The notes under the pieces were generated by a model. The model was given only the letters and a program-made list of their open reading frames with translations, made no database searches and was not told the origin of the DNA. From Camelus ferus (Eukaryota), in NCBI RefSeq assembly GCF_009834535.1, contig NC_045697.1:42348001-42412000 (forward strand): 64,000 bases of DNA. The letters run 5' to 3'. This document shows positions 25,789 to 38,970 of the stretch, piece after piece. A program made the position numbers and the translations under genes. Every line of letters starts with the position of its first letter. Within the stretch, counting starts at the first letter, position 1.

Positions 25789-26546
25789 CAGGTATACCTC
25801 TGCAATATTGCAGGTTCAGTTCCAGAACTCCATGATAAGGCAAGTATCTCAATAAAGTGAGTCACACAAATCTTTTGGTTTCCCAGTGCATATAAAAGTT
25901 ATGTTTATACAGACTCACAGACATAGAATACAAACTTGTGGTTGCCATGGAGGAGGGGGGTGGGAAAGGACAGACTGGGAGTTCAAAATTTGTAGAATAG
26001 ATAAACAAGATTATACTGTATAGCACAGGGAAATATATACAAGATCTTGTGGTAGCTCACAGTGAAAAAGAATGTGACAATGAATATATGTATGTTCACA
26101 TATAACTGAAAAATTGTGCTCTACACTGGAAATTGACACAACATTGTAAAATGACTGTAACTCAATTAAAAATGTAAAAAAAAGTTATGTTTATATTATA
26201 CTGTAACCTATTTAGTGTGCAATAGCATTATATCTAAAAAAACAATGTACACACCTTAATTTTAAAACACTTTATTGCTAAAAAATGCTAACGATCATGA
26301 GACTTCAGTGAGTCCTAGCAGTAAAATCAAAGATCACTGATCACAGATCACCGTAACAAACATAATAACAATGATGAAAAAGCTTGACATATTTTGAGAA
26401 TTACCAAAATGTAACACAGAGACACAAAGTGAGCAAATGCTATTGGAAAAGCAGTGCTGAGAGCCTTGATCAACACAGGGTTGCCACAAATCCTCAATTT
26501 GTAAAAAGTGCAATAAAGTGAAGCATAGTAAACTGAGGTATGCCTG
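25789..26546 (-). mobile_element. Internally deleted Tigger1 derivative (Tigger1a-like) containing an L1
   Basis: TIRs caggtatacctc ... gaggtatgcctg, flanked by TA at 25787-25788 and 26547-26548. Confidence 0.9.
25910..26179 (+). mobile_element. Young camelid L1 3'UTR inserted in Tigger1
   Basis: Perfect 16-bp TSD aaaagttatgtttata at 25894-25909 and 26180-26195. Confidence 0.93.
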
Positions 26547-27799
26547 TAACGGCAAAACCACATGATGGCTCTTAAATGTTACTTCCAATCACGTTCCATT
26601 GGCCTAGCAAGTCAATTGACCAAATCTGATATCAATGGGGTCAGGAAGTATAACCTTCAAACAGGAAAGGGGAAAAATAATTGACAAAAAGAATATATTT
26701 GATATTCTCCCTCACTCTTAGAAACTAAATGTTAAAAGAATGTTATGAGAAAGCTATGACAAAGTTAAAAAGAAATAAATTGTAACCAAATAATGAAAAA
26801 GAGTAAAAGAACCAAAATATCAGTGAGAACACATAGTTTCCTTGGTCACCACACACACAAAAAAAAATGTAATAAGGCTAAGAATTCAATTAAAAGATAT
26901 GACCTGAATCCAACTAGCACCTTTGAACAGAAATTAGATTTCTGAATCATCTCAATGAGTATCTTAACCACACATGGACACACACACACACCCACACACA
27001 TGCACACATATTTAAATATTTTAAACTGTAAGTTGTAGAATGGCTCATGTCAATACAGAGAATATACTACTAAGTACACAGAGCAAGCAAGCTAAAGACA
27101 TGATTGCCAATTAATAGAAAAACAATTTTAAAAGAAATATGGGTGAGGGTGAGGACAATGATTGGAAAAAACTGCACCACTTTGCTTATAAAGGCACAAA
27201 AAAAGAAGTCATGGTTCGGCTCTGGCAGGTGAAACTCCCTATTCATTTCTTTATCTCATAGTTCTACCTATATTTTTAAAGGAAATTATTTTTTAAAAAT
27301 ATGACCAATCTATCTCAAGTTTAGTATCTTATTAGTGTATTAAATCAGACATATCGATCCAAATCTTTCATCTCAAATATTTGCAGGCAATAATGGTCAA
27401 ACACACAAGAGGCATTATCTAATTCGGATTAACTCTCTTTTGTTGCCTTATAAAGGAAACTGGTCTGAGCATCTCTATCTTCTCTGAAATCATTTTGTAT
27501 ATTCTAGCCTCACTGAGTATTTGATAAATGGATGAGTGTATGAATGAAATGGAAATTCCCTGCTTCCCAACATAGTACTTACATATTTCATAGATAATCT
27601 ACAGTAAGACTCGGTACTATATTAATCTTTGGAACCCAGCAAAGAAAGCCAAGATGAAATAGCAGTGAACCAGAACTAAATATCAGATTGTAGTAAGTGG
27701 GAAGATAAGAAATAAATCACCAACAGAAAAGACAAAATGGTCAAATTCAGCAATCATTTACAGAGCACCTATGGAATAAGTGCAAGTATATTTTGGTGT

Positions 27800-28085
27800 T
27801 GGTATTCACCATTAGATTGAAGCTCTATGAGAACAAGACCTACATCTGTTTTAGGTGGCATATCCTTAAGGCACTCAGCACAGCAGCTACTACAAAAAGA
27901 GCTCAGTAAGTACTCAGCAGGATCAGAATGTAAGAATGGTCCTATGATTGATAATTTCACATAAATCATCTTTGCTAATCTTCAAAACACCCTGGAGTTG
28001 GGTTTATTGATCTCAGTTTTACAATGAGGAAACTCAGGCTGTAGAGAAGTTGCCCAAGTTCTCTTAACTACTAGGAAGCGGAATC
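27800..28085. mobile_element. L2 3' end (+, ~27800-27930) next to a MIR (-, ~27950-28085)
   Basis: attagattgaagctctatgagaacaagacc...gagctcagtaagtactc; then cagttttacaatgaggaaactcaggctgtagag...tgcccaag. Confidence 0.6.
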
Positions 28086-28529
28086 AATGTGAAAAAATAG
28101 TGGGTAAATACATATTCTGTCAGAAGTAAGTGTTTGATAACTCAGTGAAAGCTGTATCACTGGATTGGTTAAGTCAGAGGGTGAGATAAAAGACAGAAAA
28201 TAGGGAAGTTATTTCTATAAAATGGAGCCAGATATTCAGTGGACTTTTCAATAATAAACAAAAATGACAGGAAATAGAATGAGCAGCAAGAGGGATTACA
28301 AATATTTTATCAGAACTAAGAATGTATTATCAATAAAGGCAGCAGACACGGGTCCTGATAATCCCAGAAATTTGGGGAATAAAAAAAAATTTCTTTATAG
28401 AAACGTGGACTTTATAATTAAATATATTTCTTTAGCCTACAGAGGAACTGCATGTATCAGAAATGTCACATGTCTGCCACATTAATACTCAGGTATTAGG
28501 ACCTAAGATCTGACCTAATCTAACTTGCA

Positions 28530-29090
28530 CTTAGTATTCCATGTTAACGTTGTACTATAGTTTAATATTTAACCATTCTCTAGATTAAAGTAATTTTGAA
28601 ATTATTGGTGTCACAGGCAAGGCTGTAATAAGCAACCTTGTTATGTCTCCTTGAACATTAGGGTAGCTAACAAAAAAGTATAATTGCTGTGTAATAAGCA
28701 GTAAGCAAATGTGACAGATACTGTGAAATTATCCTTCAAGTGTTACTCTTATCAGTGGACGAGTATATCCATTTCACTACCTCTCCAGCAATACTTGATG
28801 TTGTTTATGATAATCTTTTAACTGAAAAATATTTTCTTATTGTTTTGATTTGCATTTTCTTAATTATCAGTGAGGCTAAACATCTTTTTGTAAGTTTTTG
28901 GTAATTGTTTCTACTGTGAATTATCTATATAGTCCCATTTTTTTCTATTAAAATTTTTTTTCAAAAATATAATCTGGTTATTATTTTAATCCTTTGGATC
29001 TTACATCTGTTTCAAAAACATTTTCCAAATTTGTTACCAGTTAAACATTTTTTTCAAATGGTGTTTTATTTTGTATATAGTGTTTCTATA
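28530..29090 (-). mobile_element. Old L1M ORF2-end fragment, antisense
   Basis: ttattgttttgatttgcattttcttaattatcagtgaggctaaacatcttttt is antisense of the ORF2 IREMQIKT region. Confidence 0.65.
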
Positions 29091-29389
29091 TTGTTTCAAT
29101 ACAGGAATGAAAAATTTTGATAAATTATATTACTGGTTCCAAACTACTCTGTGGAAGCAAATAATATATAGATTCTCTAGATTAAAAGTTTTTAGATTAA
29201 AAAAAAAAAAGGAAATGTCACAGGTTCAAACCAACCGCAACACACGATACAATGGCAAGATGAAGGTCCTTGGTTCCCATGTGTCTAGAGTCCTTGGTTT
29301 TCTCACTGTATTATGACATTTCTCTGGTTTGTGTGTACCTTATTGAGCTATATTAGGATAAGAGCTTAATAATTTCCTCAAAATTATAA

Positions 29390-30380
29390 CAAGATAAATA
29401 AAATGAAAAAATAAAGAAGAGAAAAAAATCAAACATTTGCCTTGTCTTTGCTATACAAACTATTTCCTAGAATATAGAAATAATCCATAAAAATGTTTTT
29501 ATGGGTAAATTCTAGCCAATAAATAGAGATGGGATGATATGATTAGAGTATAACCCTTTTGCAACCCTAATGAAATAATGACCCTAGGCAACCATCATCA
29601 GTGGCTGCTGAAACAATTAGATAAAGGGCTGTTGGGGAAATTATGACAGTAGATCAGCTGACAATATCTGAACCCACAGGTCAATCTTATCACAGTAAGA
29701 GATAACAAGACATTATGAGCCTCCTGGTGTGATTCAATAAGAAATACATTGTACCAGTGATGAAGTGTTCTTGCAACAAAAGCAAACGTGAATTTGGTCA
29801 AGCTTCCCTACCCACCTGCCCTTTCATGGAAAATCCAGGAAACGAGAGGAACATGGTAAATGACACATCCTGGAATGCAATCTGCTAAAACCAGGATGTA
29901 GGAAATTCTAAAAGCAAGTGATCTGTTTTCTTCAACAAATAAATGGCAAGGAGAAAAAAGAAAACAGGGAACTGTTATTAAAGAGCCTTATTGTTCTCTT
30001 TAAATGCTTTGTATGTGTGCTTAATATGGACCTTGTTTGGGACCTGATTCAAATACCAACTAACAACAGAAATTTAAGCAATAATCAGGGAAATTTGGAT
30101 ATTGAGTGAATATTTAGTGATATTAAGAAATGACTGTTAATTCTTGGGGGGTGAAATGATGTTACAAATAGTCCTTATTCTTTACAACACATACTGAATT
30201 TTAGCAGGTAAAATAATAGGCTATTTGAGGTTTGCTTCAACATAATCCACTGGGATGGGGGGGAGAATAAAAAGATTATAGTTGAGATAAAATTGGCCGT
30301 ATGTTGATAATTGTTGAAGCCAGCTGATGGGTCTTAATACTATTCTCTCTTCTGTTTTTATTTTAAATTTTCCATAATGA
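29390..30380 (+). mobile_element. L1MC4/5-like 3' region
   Basis: ttttgcaaccctaatgaaataatgaccctaggcaaccatcatcagtggctgctgaaac; gtgaatatttagtgatattaagaaatgactgttaatt; gataattgttgaagccagctgatggg. Confidence 0.7.
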
Positions 30381-33300
30381 ATGATAAAGAGAAGTTACCT
30401 AATAATGTTTATGGAGAACTTGATATCTCTGTAACATAAAATAAACTTTCAAGGCATTGTGAGGAGTGAGGTGTAGCATTGCAGTAACCAGTTGAGTCCC
30501 CACTCCTAGAAATCTAGACTTAGTCTCATGGCTGAAAGAACAAAAGAAGAGTTCTTTCTGGGGTATTTCTGGGGTAATATTTTATAACATTATTAAAGTC
30601 CCTCTTGTCTCTGATACACTGGCTGATTCTGGTCTCATGAAAACCTTCTTCACTTCAACCTCCACCTTTCCTATACCTCTGTCTCTTGGCTATCATACTG
30701 GTCTCCCTTTTGGCAAGAATATTTGGAATATCTATGTCACAGAATCGGTGCTTCAGGTCACATGCCCAAATTTGGATGTTCACTGCCTGGACCTACCTAA
30801 CCTGCCTAAATATTGTTCACTTCTGAGACCCTCCAAATTTAACCTGCCCACCTGAAGTCAGGATCACTTATTTTTTTTCTTACTACTGCTATTTGCCTAA
30901 TTCTGCAATCTTGCTTGTTAATCTTTATCCCTAATGATTTTTAATGTTCAACTTTTTTCTAAGATCTATTAACTACACATCCTCTCACCTAAATGACCTT
31001 TTTGAAATACTGAGCAGAACTACAGACAGCTTCTACCTTTTGGAACAAAAAAAAAGTAAATAAAAAGGCAAGACATTCTGATCACATTTGTTATTTGTCC
31101 CACAGCTGAAAAACCTACCACCTGTACTGGGTTGGGAGTGGAGAGGCAGCCACTCTTCCTGCCACAAACCCATGACCTGCTGTCACCCATAATCCTGCAC
31201 AACAGTATAAAACTAAAACACTAAATCCATAGCAACAACCTTAGTGCCATCCAGACTTGTGGGAAGCTCTAGGAAACATGTGTTGGTGGTGGTTATGATG
31301 ATTCACTACCAACTTGGCAGTGTTTCATCACTGCTCACCCTAGCTCAATTCTTCTGCACATAGTTTCCAGTATCTTCAAGAGAATCAATACAAATAAAAA
31401 GACACCTCCAATAATTTTAGCTTCTGTTTTTTCAAAAATGTTTATTTCAGCATGGCTGGTGATGTGCTTTAATTGAAAAGTCCTTTTTTTATTCTTTAGG
31501 GAAAACCAACAGTGCACCTGTTCACATCCTTCATCTGCAGTAGAGAGGATGGGTGAGAAATGGTCCATCAGACTGGCAGCTAAGGACAGGCAGGACTTCC
31601 TTTTGTGCAGCCCTCAGATAGAAACAGTTTTTTGACTTGGCAAATGCCTGAATGCTGCAGGCAGCCTTTGGGAGACTAGTAATCCAGATATCAAGGGTTA
31701 GGTCACATGGTATGCAGTACCATTAAAAAAGGAAATCATAGAAAATTGGTTGTTTTGAGTAGAGTATTATGAAAATCTGGAGACACCTGCCACATTTAAG
31801 AATTCTTAGGCTGAGAATCAAATGGAGATGAAACTGAAGAGGTTACAAAGAAAAACCCTAAAATATATTCTTCTGGTTATAACCAGAGTTGTATCGAGAG
31901 GTGTTTTTTCTTATAAACTAGGATTGATAAGTTACTTTAGGAGAAATATGTGACATTCTATATATATATCATTTATAAGCATATATTACATTTAAGTCTT
32001 CTGAAGTCAAGTCATAAAAACATAATCAGAAGTCAAAATATATTTTTACTTGCTCTTAATATATACCTTTAGAAAAGCATTAAACCACATTAGGAACTGC
32101 CTTTTAAAAATTAAAGCTGCCTTCTAAGACCCATTTAGAAATTGAGATTTGCTGTCAAACCTTAGAATCTACAATTGCCTGATTCTGGAAGAATAATGTC
32201 TCATGAAACCTCAATCAGAAAGTTAGAGAGAAACTTGGGGTATGTCCTATACTGATAGTCCAGGGAGGAGGTCCTTAGCCCTGGTTCAAATATAAATTAA
32301 CAGTAGACTAGACCAGCCAATTAGCATTTCTGAGCCTCAGTTTTGTTGCATATAAAATGAAGGATTTGTGTTTTCTGCTTCCAAAATGACTTACATGACT
32401 TTATAAATTAAAAACATTGTAAAACTTGAGAATTATAGTTTTAAAAAGTTCAAAGCAGATGGTTGACCATCTAAAAAGATAAATGGGATTAGTTGTTACA
32501 GGATTTCCAAAAGAAACTAATTGCTTGATTGGGGCACTGTATTTGATTTCTTTTTTTAAAAAGTTTCCTGGTGAGAGTAAGTTTTAAAAGAAAAATAAAT
32601 TCACCAGCAAAAGCAACCTTATTCCTGAGAATAAACTTAAACAGAAATTAACTCATCTTTGGACTATCACAGCCTGACTAACACTGTAAAACTGTGTCAT
32701 TTCATCAATTACAACCTTATAAAAGGCACAGAAATGGCACTCACATGCAGGTTTCAATTACAGACTCTCCCAATAAAGTCAGAGCAAAACATAAAAGGAT
32801 ACTAGGATGAGATACTGTGGCCTAGAAACGCTGTTCCCTGATGACTCCACCAAAGAATGGAAAAAACTTCTCAAATATCAGATGTCTTAAGAGAACTTTA
32901 CTCAAAGCAGCTTGATGGTCAGCATAAATTGTTTTCTCTCACTGCGTATGTATGGCATCTAGTCTGTGATATTAGCTGAGGTTCACAATACATGCTTTAG
33001 ATATCAGAGATAAAGGAGGTAAACTATTCACTACATTGCAAAAAAAAAAAAAAAGTGCCAGCATACCTGGTATTTTGCCTTGATAGGAAGCTAACCCGCT
33101 CTGTATGTACAGAGATAGACACCCTCAACCCAAATCGAGCTAATTGAGCAAGGAATCTGCACATGTTAATTGTATAGTGCAGAAGAGCACTTATACATAC
33201 AACAATTTGTAGGAATCTTTTTATATTGCAGATATAACCTTTGATCTGTGATTTCCACTATTGCTCTTTCACATTATTCATGCTTTGACTTCATTCCTGG

Positions 33301-33404
33301 TGTCTTTTGTCATATTAAGTTATATTTATGTTTATATGGTGAATTATATTTGCCTTTTCCTTTATGCTCCTAAGTTTCCTATCTTGTTTTCAGCTGTGCG
33401 CCCT

Positions 33405-33564
33405 GTTTTCATTTCATTTTGTTTTGTTTTGTTTTTGTTTGGAGGAGGATAGTTAGGTTGGTTGGTTGGTTGGTTGGTTGGTTCATTTATTTTTATTGGA
33501 GGTACTAGAGATTGAACCCAGGACTTTGTGCATGCTAGGCAGGCACTGAGCTATACCCTCCCCC
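33405..33564 (-). mobile_element. Camelid tRNA-derived SINE with an internal (AACC)n expansion
   Basis: Antisense head ctgagctataccctcccc and B-box gattgaacccagg; (GGTT)n at ~33456-33483; (TTTTG)n tail. Confidence 0.88.
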
Positions 33565-34506
33565 TTCTTGGGTTTTTTGTTTTTCAATATTTTCTTTTTT
33601 TAAAATTTTGGTCCATCTGGAATTTACTTTAATACATGATGTGATGAAAGGGTCTATCTTTGTTTTCTTCCAGTGTGCCAGTTAGGACAGCATCTTTATT
33701 AAATAAACTTGAACTGGGATTTTATTTTAAATGTAAAAAAGGGCATACACTATTGGAAATTTTTTAATTTTTATGTAATTGATGTTTGCTCCCTAGGAGA
33801 ATTACTGGCCAATAGATCCAGAAGTTTCTTGAAATTTATTCAACTTATACAATAAAATTATGTCCCAGGCTTAAATGATGATGATTATCTTTAAGCTTAC
33901 TGTAATCTAAGATACTTAGAGACAGAAATCATACTTTATTCATTTTATATCCCACTACAACTCATGGATTACTTTTGATATATTAAGTATTCAATAATAC
34001 TTACTTAAATTCACACTATGAAAGTAGAGCATGTATCTAACTTATCCAAAAGAATTCAGGCTATTTTGAAAAGAAAAGAAGCTCAAACACAACTATGTAT
34101 GTCACCATCGAAGACTAATTTTGTATGTGTGATAACATGTCTCACAGTTACTTACAATTAAATGCACTGGAACTACGATACACCGTGCAGTGAATAAGAA
34201 CACGGATTCTGGATCAAATTCTAGCTTCTCCACATACTACTTTTTATATTGAGATTGAAATAAATGTCCATCTATTTTCTTCTGTCTGATTTTGTTCTGC
34301 ACAACTGAAACTAATCCCAACTGAGCCTGTAAATTAATGAAACAGATAATTACAGGCAAAAAAAAAAAAAAAGGATGTATAAATACGTTAACCACTGTAT
34401 ATTTGCTTAGGAATGGAATTGTACAATTTTTCACCAATCTGTAAAATGAAGACCAAGGGATCATTGATTATGGAATCACTTACTAGAGTTCCACATCAGT
34501 ATTGTG

Positions 34507-35150
34507 GTTAACCATATAGTTTATCATCCAAACGTAGACTCTTTGAGAGTGAAAGAGTTTACTAAAGTAATTAAAGCTGGATAGTTTTTTTTCAAATATT
34601 TACTTATTGACAGACAAATAGCTTTATTTTAAAAATTTATCTCTTGCTAAAAATAATGTATGTGCACAAATGTTAAAACAAATGTTTTTAAATCTTCATA
34701 TTAATTTTCTGAATATTTAAAAATACAATAAGCAGAATAATTAAGTAGTCTTGATATGCATTCACATGTTTTAATCAGTTTCTTAGCCAAATCTGTCTAA
34801 TCCTGGGTCATGGTATTTTTCTAACTGATGTAATTTTTTCTAATATGGTTTTACTGATTTGTTTGTTTTACTGTGTTTTTTTCCCACAAAATTGCCTACA
34901 ATCATCTTCAAAGTTGCATTTTATAGTCAATAAATTTTAAAATATTAACACTGTCAATGAACTTTTCTGTGTAGGCATAACATTTTTTAAATTAAAAAAT
35001 ACTCTTTCTACAGACAGTAATTTTTTCATTTTGAAATTTGTAAATATTTCAACACAATATTTTCAAAGTATTGCTCTTTTGCCTACATTCAGGATACATT
35101 TCTTCAGTTAATATTTATCTAAGACAAAATTTGTCCAATAAGTCATCTCT
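34507..35150 (-). mobile_element. hAT-Blackjack-like DNA transposon end with transposase C-terminal remnant
   Basis: Terminus ggttaaccatatagtttatcatccaaac resembles MER94/Blackjack ends; minus-strand translation near 34880-35015 gives SVERVFFNLK...NLLTIKCNFEDDCRQF, an hAT dimerisation-domain-like motif with a stop. Confidence 0.7.
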
Positions 35151-36264
35151 GTTTACAGCACATGCATCTCACATACCAGTAAAAAGGCCATGGCAGAAGC
35201 TTCCAATACAAAATAGAGGTCTAACCCACCCTGGCCTACTTTAATGCAACTGTTAATGATAATACTTAGTTTTAGTAAAAATGCTAAATCAAATAGGACG
35301 TGGAATTGCCAACCATAAAACAGTCCCACACAAGACAAGCTGTGTAGTCTTACTACCTCTATAATGTGCTGCCTATGATTTCCAATTTGAATTTTTTAAA
35401 ACAGAATAAAAAATTAAATACTTGCTAAGTAATCTGAATTGATAATATTTCTACAATTCATGAATTAAAAATTCAATTTACAATTGTCCTCTTAGTATTT
35501 TACCCAGCTTAAATTTCTACCTAATTCAGCAAAATACATTTAACAAGTCTTTCCATAGTATTAAGTTCAGTTTCCATAGGAACAACTACTGTTTTAATAC
35601 ACTCAGATTTTTGTAATATTCAGTTAAAGATTGGAATTTAAAAACACAAGTTTAACCAGCATAAACAGATTTGGGAATGAATACAATTACTATTGGTCAT
35701 TATCATGGAATCAGAAGAGCATAAATTCCCAATCTGACATAGAAAATATAAAATCAGAACTATAAGTCTCTCCTTTAAGAACAAAATTAACTTTAAAGGG
35801 AAATCTTGAAGCAATTACTAGATTTTTATTTCAGGAATAGTGAAGTAAATTGCCCCCACTTTGAAATATCTACTCTACCTGGTGACATATAAAACTTCTT
35901 AGTGGTTTTGTTAGGATAACATCAAAAGTTCTGATACAAATTACATGTTGCTATATTCTGTTCAGTCTTATGCTCTCAACATTTTCTGACAGAGAATGGC
36001 TAAGGAGGTTAGAGCCCTCAGATACACGTATTTTATTTTAAAATACAAATCCTAACTCCATACATATATTTTACATTTTGTAAAATTGTGGAAATAGCCT
36101 ACATATATCAGCCTGACTAGTAGGGAAAAAAAGGGAATAGTTCTGAATTTTTGCTCACTCGTACTCGAAATGAAAATAAACTTTCAGTGAAATAACTAGG
36201 CATCTCTTAATTTCTTCTTTCCTGCTTTCTTCTGAGTCTTTATTTCCCAATAGCATAAAAACAT

Positions 36265-36643
36265 AACATAATATCCATGAGTCCATATCAATATGAATAA
36301 ACAACTGAATAAATAAATGAATGGGGGGAAATCTCCCATGTAGAAAAATTCCAAATAACATACATAGACACTCTGCCCTCAAGGTAGTGAAGCATAACTT
36401 TCCACTCCTTAAGTGTAGACTGCACATAGAAACTTTCTTCAAAGAGTACCACATGGAAGGTGGGATGAAAAAAGAGCAATTTTACAGGGGAGAAACCTGA
36501 CAAATAATACCTTAGACACACAGTCAAGGTCCACATCAACAGTAATAAGTCATGTTGACAGTAGGTACTCCTGATATGATGTGATGAAAATGGCACATTA
36601 CCTCTGTGGTCTTCCTCCAAAACACCCATCACACCAGTCTAAT
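36265..36643 (+). mobile_element. L1MC3/L1MD-like 3'UTR fragment
   Basis: ggagaaacctgacaaa...caaggtccacatcaacagtaataagtcatgttgacag...acctctgtggtcttcctccaaaacaccc. Confidence 0.75.
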
Positions 36644-36921
36644 CTTCCTGTGTAAATAGTTTGGAAAAGTTTCCATTTTCAATGAGAACAGAGCGAGCTT
36701 AATAATAATACATCTCCTCAGAAGCTCGCATGGCCCTCCAACAGACAGATCAGTTTATAATTTAGGACATACAGATGTATGATTTAGACCATTGTTTCTG
36801 AACTGCAAAGTTATTTTCTCCAGGATTGAAGCCAGTACTTCAGGACAGATTCTAAACATTGTCTGTAGCAGGAGAGATTCTCAGGGGCACAAGTTCAACT
36901 TTAAACAACAGATCAAGAAGA

Positions 36922-36942
36922 TGTGTGTGTGTGTGTGTGTGT
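36922..36942. repeat. (TG)n microsatellite
   Basis: About 10 TG units read directly. Confidence 0.9.
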
Positions 36943-37249
36943 GATGAACACCACCTACCAGCTTCTAGATGGCAAGGTCCTTGGGATAAATAAAATAAAG
37001 AAAGACAGTTCTAGTGAAGATTTCTGCACCTACTACTCTTCTCAGGCCATGTTTCAAGAGATCCAGACAGCTGAGACTAAAGCCTTTTTTGAGATCCATT
37101 AAAACCACTTGGGGTTTTATTATTGTGTTAGGTTTTTCCTGTGGGAAGAATGGTAGAGGAACAGTGCCTTCCCAGACATGGGTGATGATGGTGGTAGTGG
37201 TGGTGGTGATAATGATGCTTGATGATGATAATAGACCACAACATCAAGC

Positions 37250-37460
37250 CAGTAGTAATACCCTTTAGTCAAGAATTTTTCTGTCCCAAGTACTGTACTA
37301 CGTACTTTACATTTAGCATCCCATTTAACACAACAAACCTGTGAGGAAAACATTCTCATCTTAAATATGAAAAAAACTGAAATGCAAAGTAATAGTTAAA
37401 ACCCATATTAACAATAAGTGATTTGAATATCTGGGCCTTTTCTACTGTATGGTACAGCCT
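37250..37460 (-). mobile_element. MIR SINE with an adjacent (GGT/GAT)n tract at ~37181-37232
   Basis: catttaacacaacaaacctgtgagg...tctcatcttaaatatgaaaaaaactga. Confidence 0.55.
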
Positions 37461-38749
37461 CTGGAGAATATCAACTTATTTCTGACATATGAGTAAGCCA
37501 TGAATCAATGAGTAGCATACATGCATTAAAATGCATTGATCTTACCAGTACCTGGAGCAAAATGGGTGGGTTGGGGGCAATGTATTCTTCTTATATGGGC
37601 CAGGTGGCGGAGAAGCTAACTCTTGGATAATAACTAAAAATATAGTTGCTAACTCATTGTCACCTCCTCAAAAGTTTTTACTGGAAGTCATGCAGAAAAA
37701 GTGAACTGAAATCCCAGACATGAGAAATCGTCTCATGTCAATTATATTGTAAAAGTCAGACAAGAACAATGATGATCAGAATCTTTCTCTTTGATCCCTA
37801 ATCCTGGTGATGTCATGAAGGACATTGTCAGGCTTAACGGGGATATTTCACTTGAGATTTCACAGTTATCAAAGAATAAGCATGACTGGAATTAGTTAGA
37901 ACTAGGGCAGTAATCACTGCTGCAAGAGTGATGAGCTCTTTTAACTATTTCAGAGGTGGGACTAGAAAGCTAAAGAAGAGATGACTAGAATCAATACTGA
38001 GTAGACTCTGGCTGGACCAAGTGATAGGAAATGATGATCAGCCTGAGAAAAAGTACCACAAACTAAAGAAAAACTTGAAAGAAAATTATACAAATACAGA
38101 TAGAGAAAATTCCAAACTACACATATGTTTATAGATCATTGATGCTAAGAGACATAATAACTGGAAACACTGGGTGTCAAGTATCATCAAAGTTGTGCAT
38201 GAGAAACATTGTATATTTCTGTTTTTCAAGTATCAAGTATGTCACACGCAGTGAAATTAGTATTCTCTCTAGTCTTACAAAAATATGTAGAGAATTTAAG
38301 GAAAACCTCTTCAAAATGCTTCAAACTGCAGTCCTCAAGAAATTTCTTCATAGCATTTCAGTGCATCTTTGAACAGAATATGATGCAGTCTTTGTAATTC
38401 TATGGAACTCATAAAAGGGCTTTGAAATGTAAATTGTGCCTTGGTTGTGATAGCAGACTTGTATTCACTTTTAGAATATTACACTCAATGGTAGCATGAC
38501 AGCCACCATCCTAAGACCTTGTTGTGAATGTTTCCATAAACAATCCATTTCAGCTTTGTTTTCTCATTAAGAGAAGGGAATTGAAAGGCAGCAACTGTAA
38601 GAGTCTTGTTCTGATGATAAGTGGAACATTTATTAAAGCCATTCTAAAAGTAGGATAGCATTAAAAAAAAACAAGAAAAAATTAATAACTTATGGAGAAA
38701 ATCCACCCCAACCTAAGTTTTGAGAGAAAATTGGGATTACCTGTTGTAT

Positions 38750-38970
38750 CTTTATATTAATCTTATAAAAATAAATAACTGAGGATTCTAAGAGATTACA
38801 TTAAGTAGCACCACTGATTTTAATAATTATAGTATAATAGAAAATATTTATTTTGTTTAACACATCTATGGTAAGTAACTTGCTCAAGATCTCACAGCTA
38901 TTAATTAGCAGACTCAGATCCAACCCCAAGTAGCCAGGTCCCAGAGCCTGTGGCTGTAAACACTACGCTG
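38750..38970 (-). mobile_element. MIR SINE fragments
   Basis: aagtaacttgctcaagatctcacagctattaattagcagactcagatccaaccc...cccagagcctgtgg. Confidence 0.6.

Larger units (their letters stand above)
25625..26700 (-). mobile_element. MLT1 (I/J-like) LTR split by Tigger1
   Basis: Left piece gcagtaacaaatgaccctgaaaatct...gggacccaggctgaaggagtagcc; right piece ccacatgatggctcttaaa...cattggcctagcaagtca...aatggggtcaggaagtataac. Confidence 0.6.
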
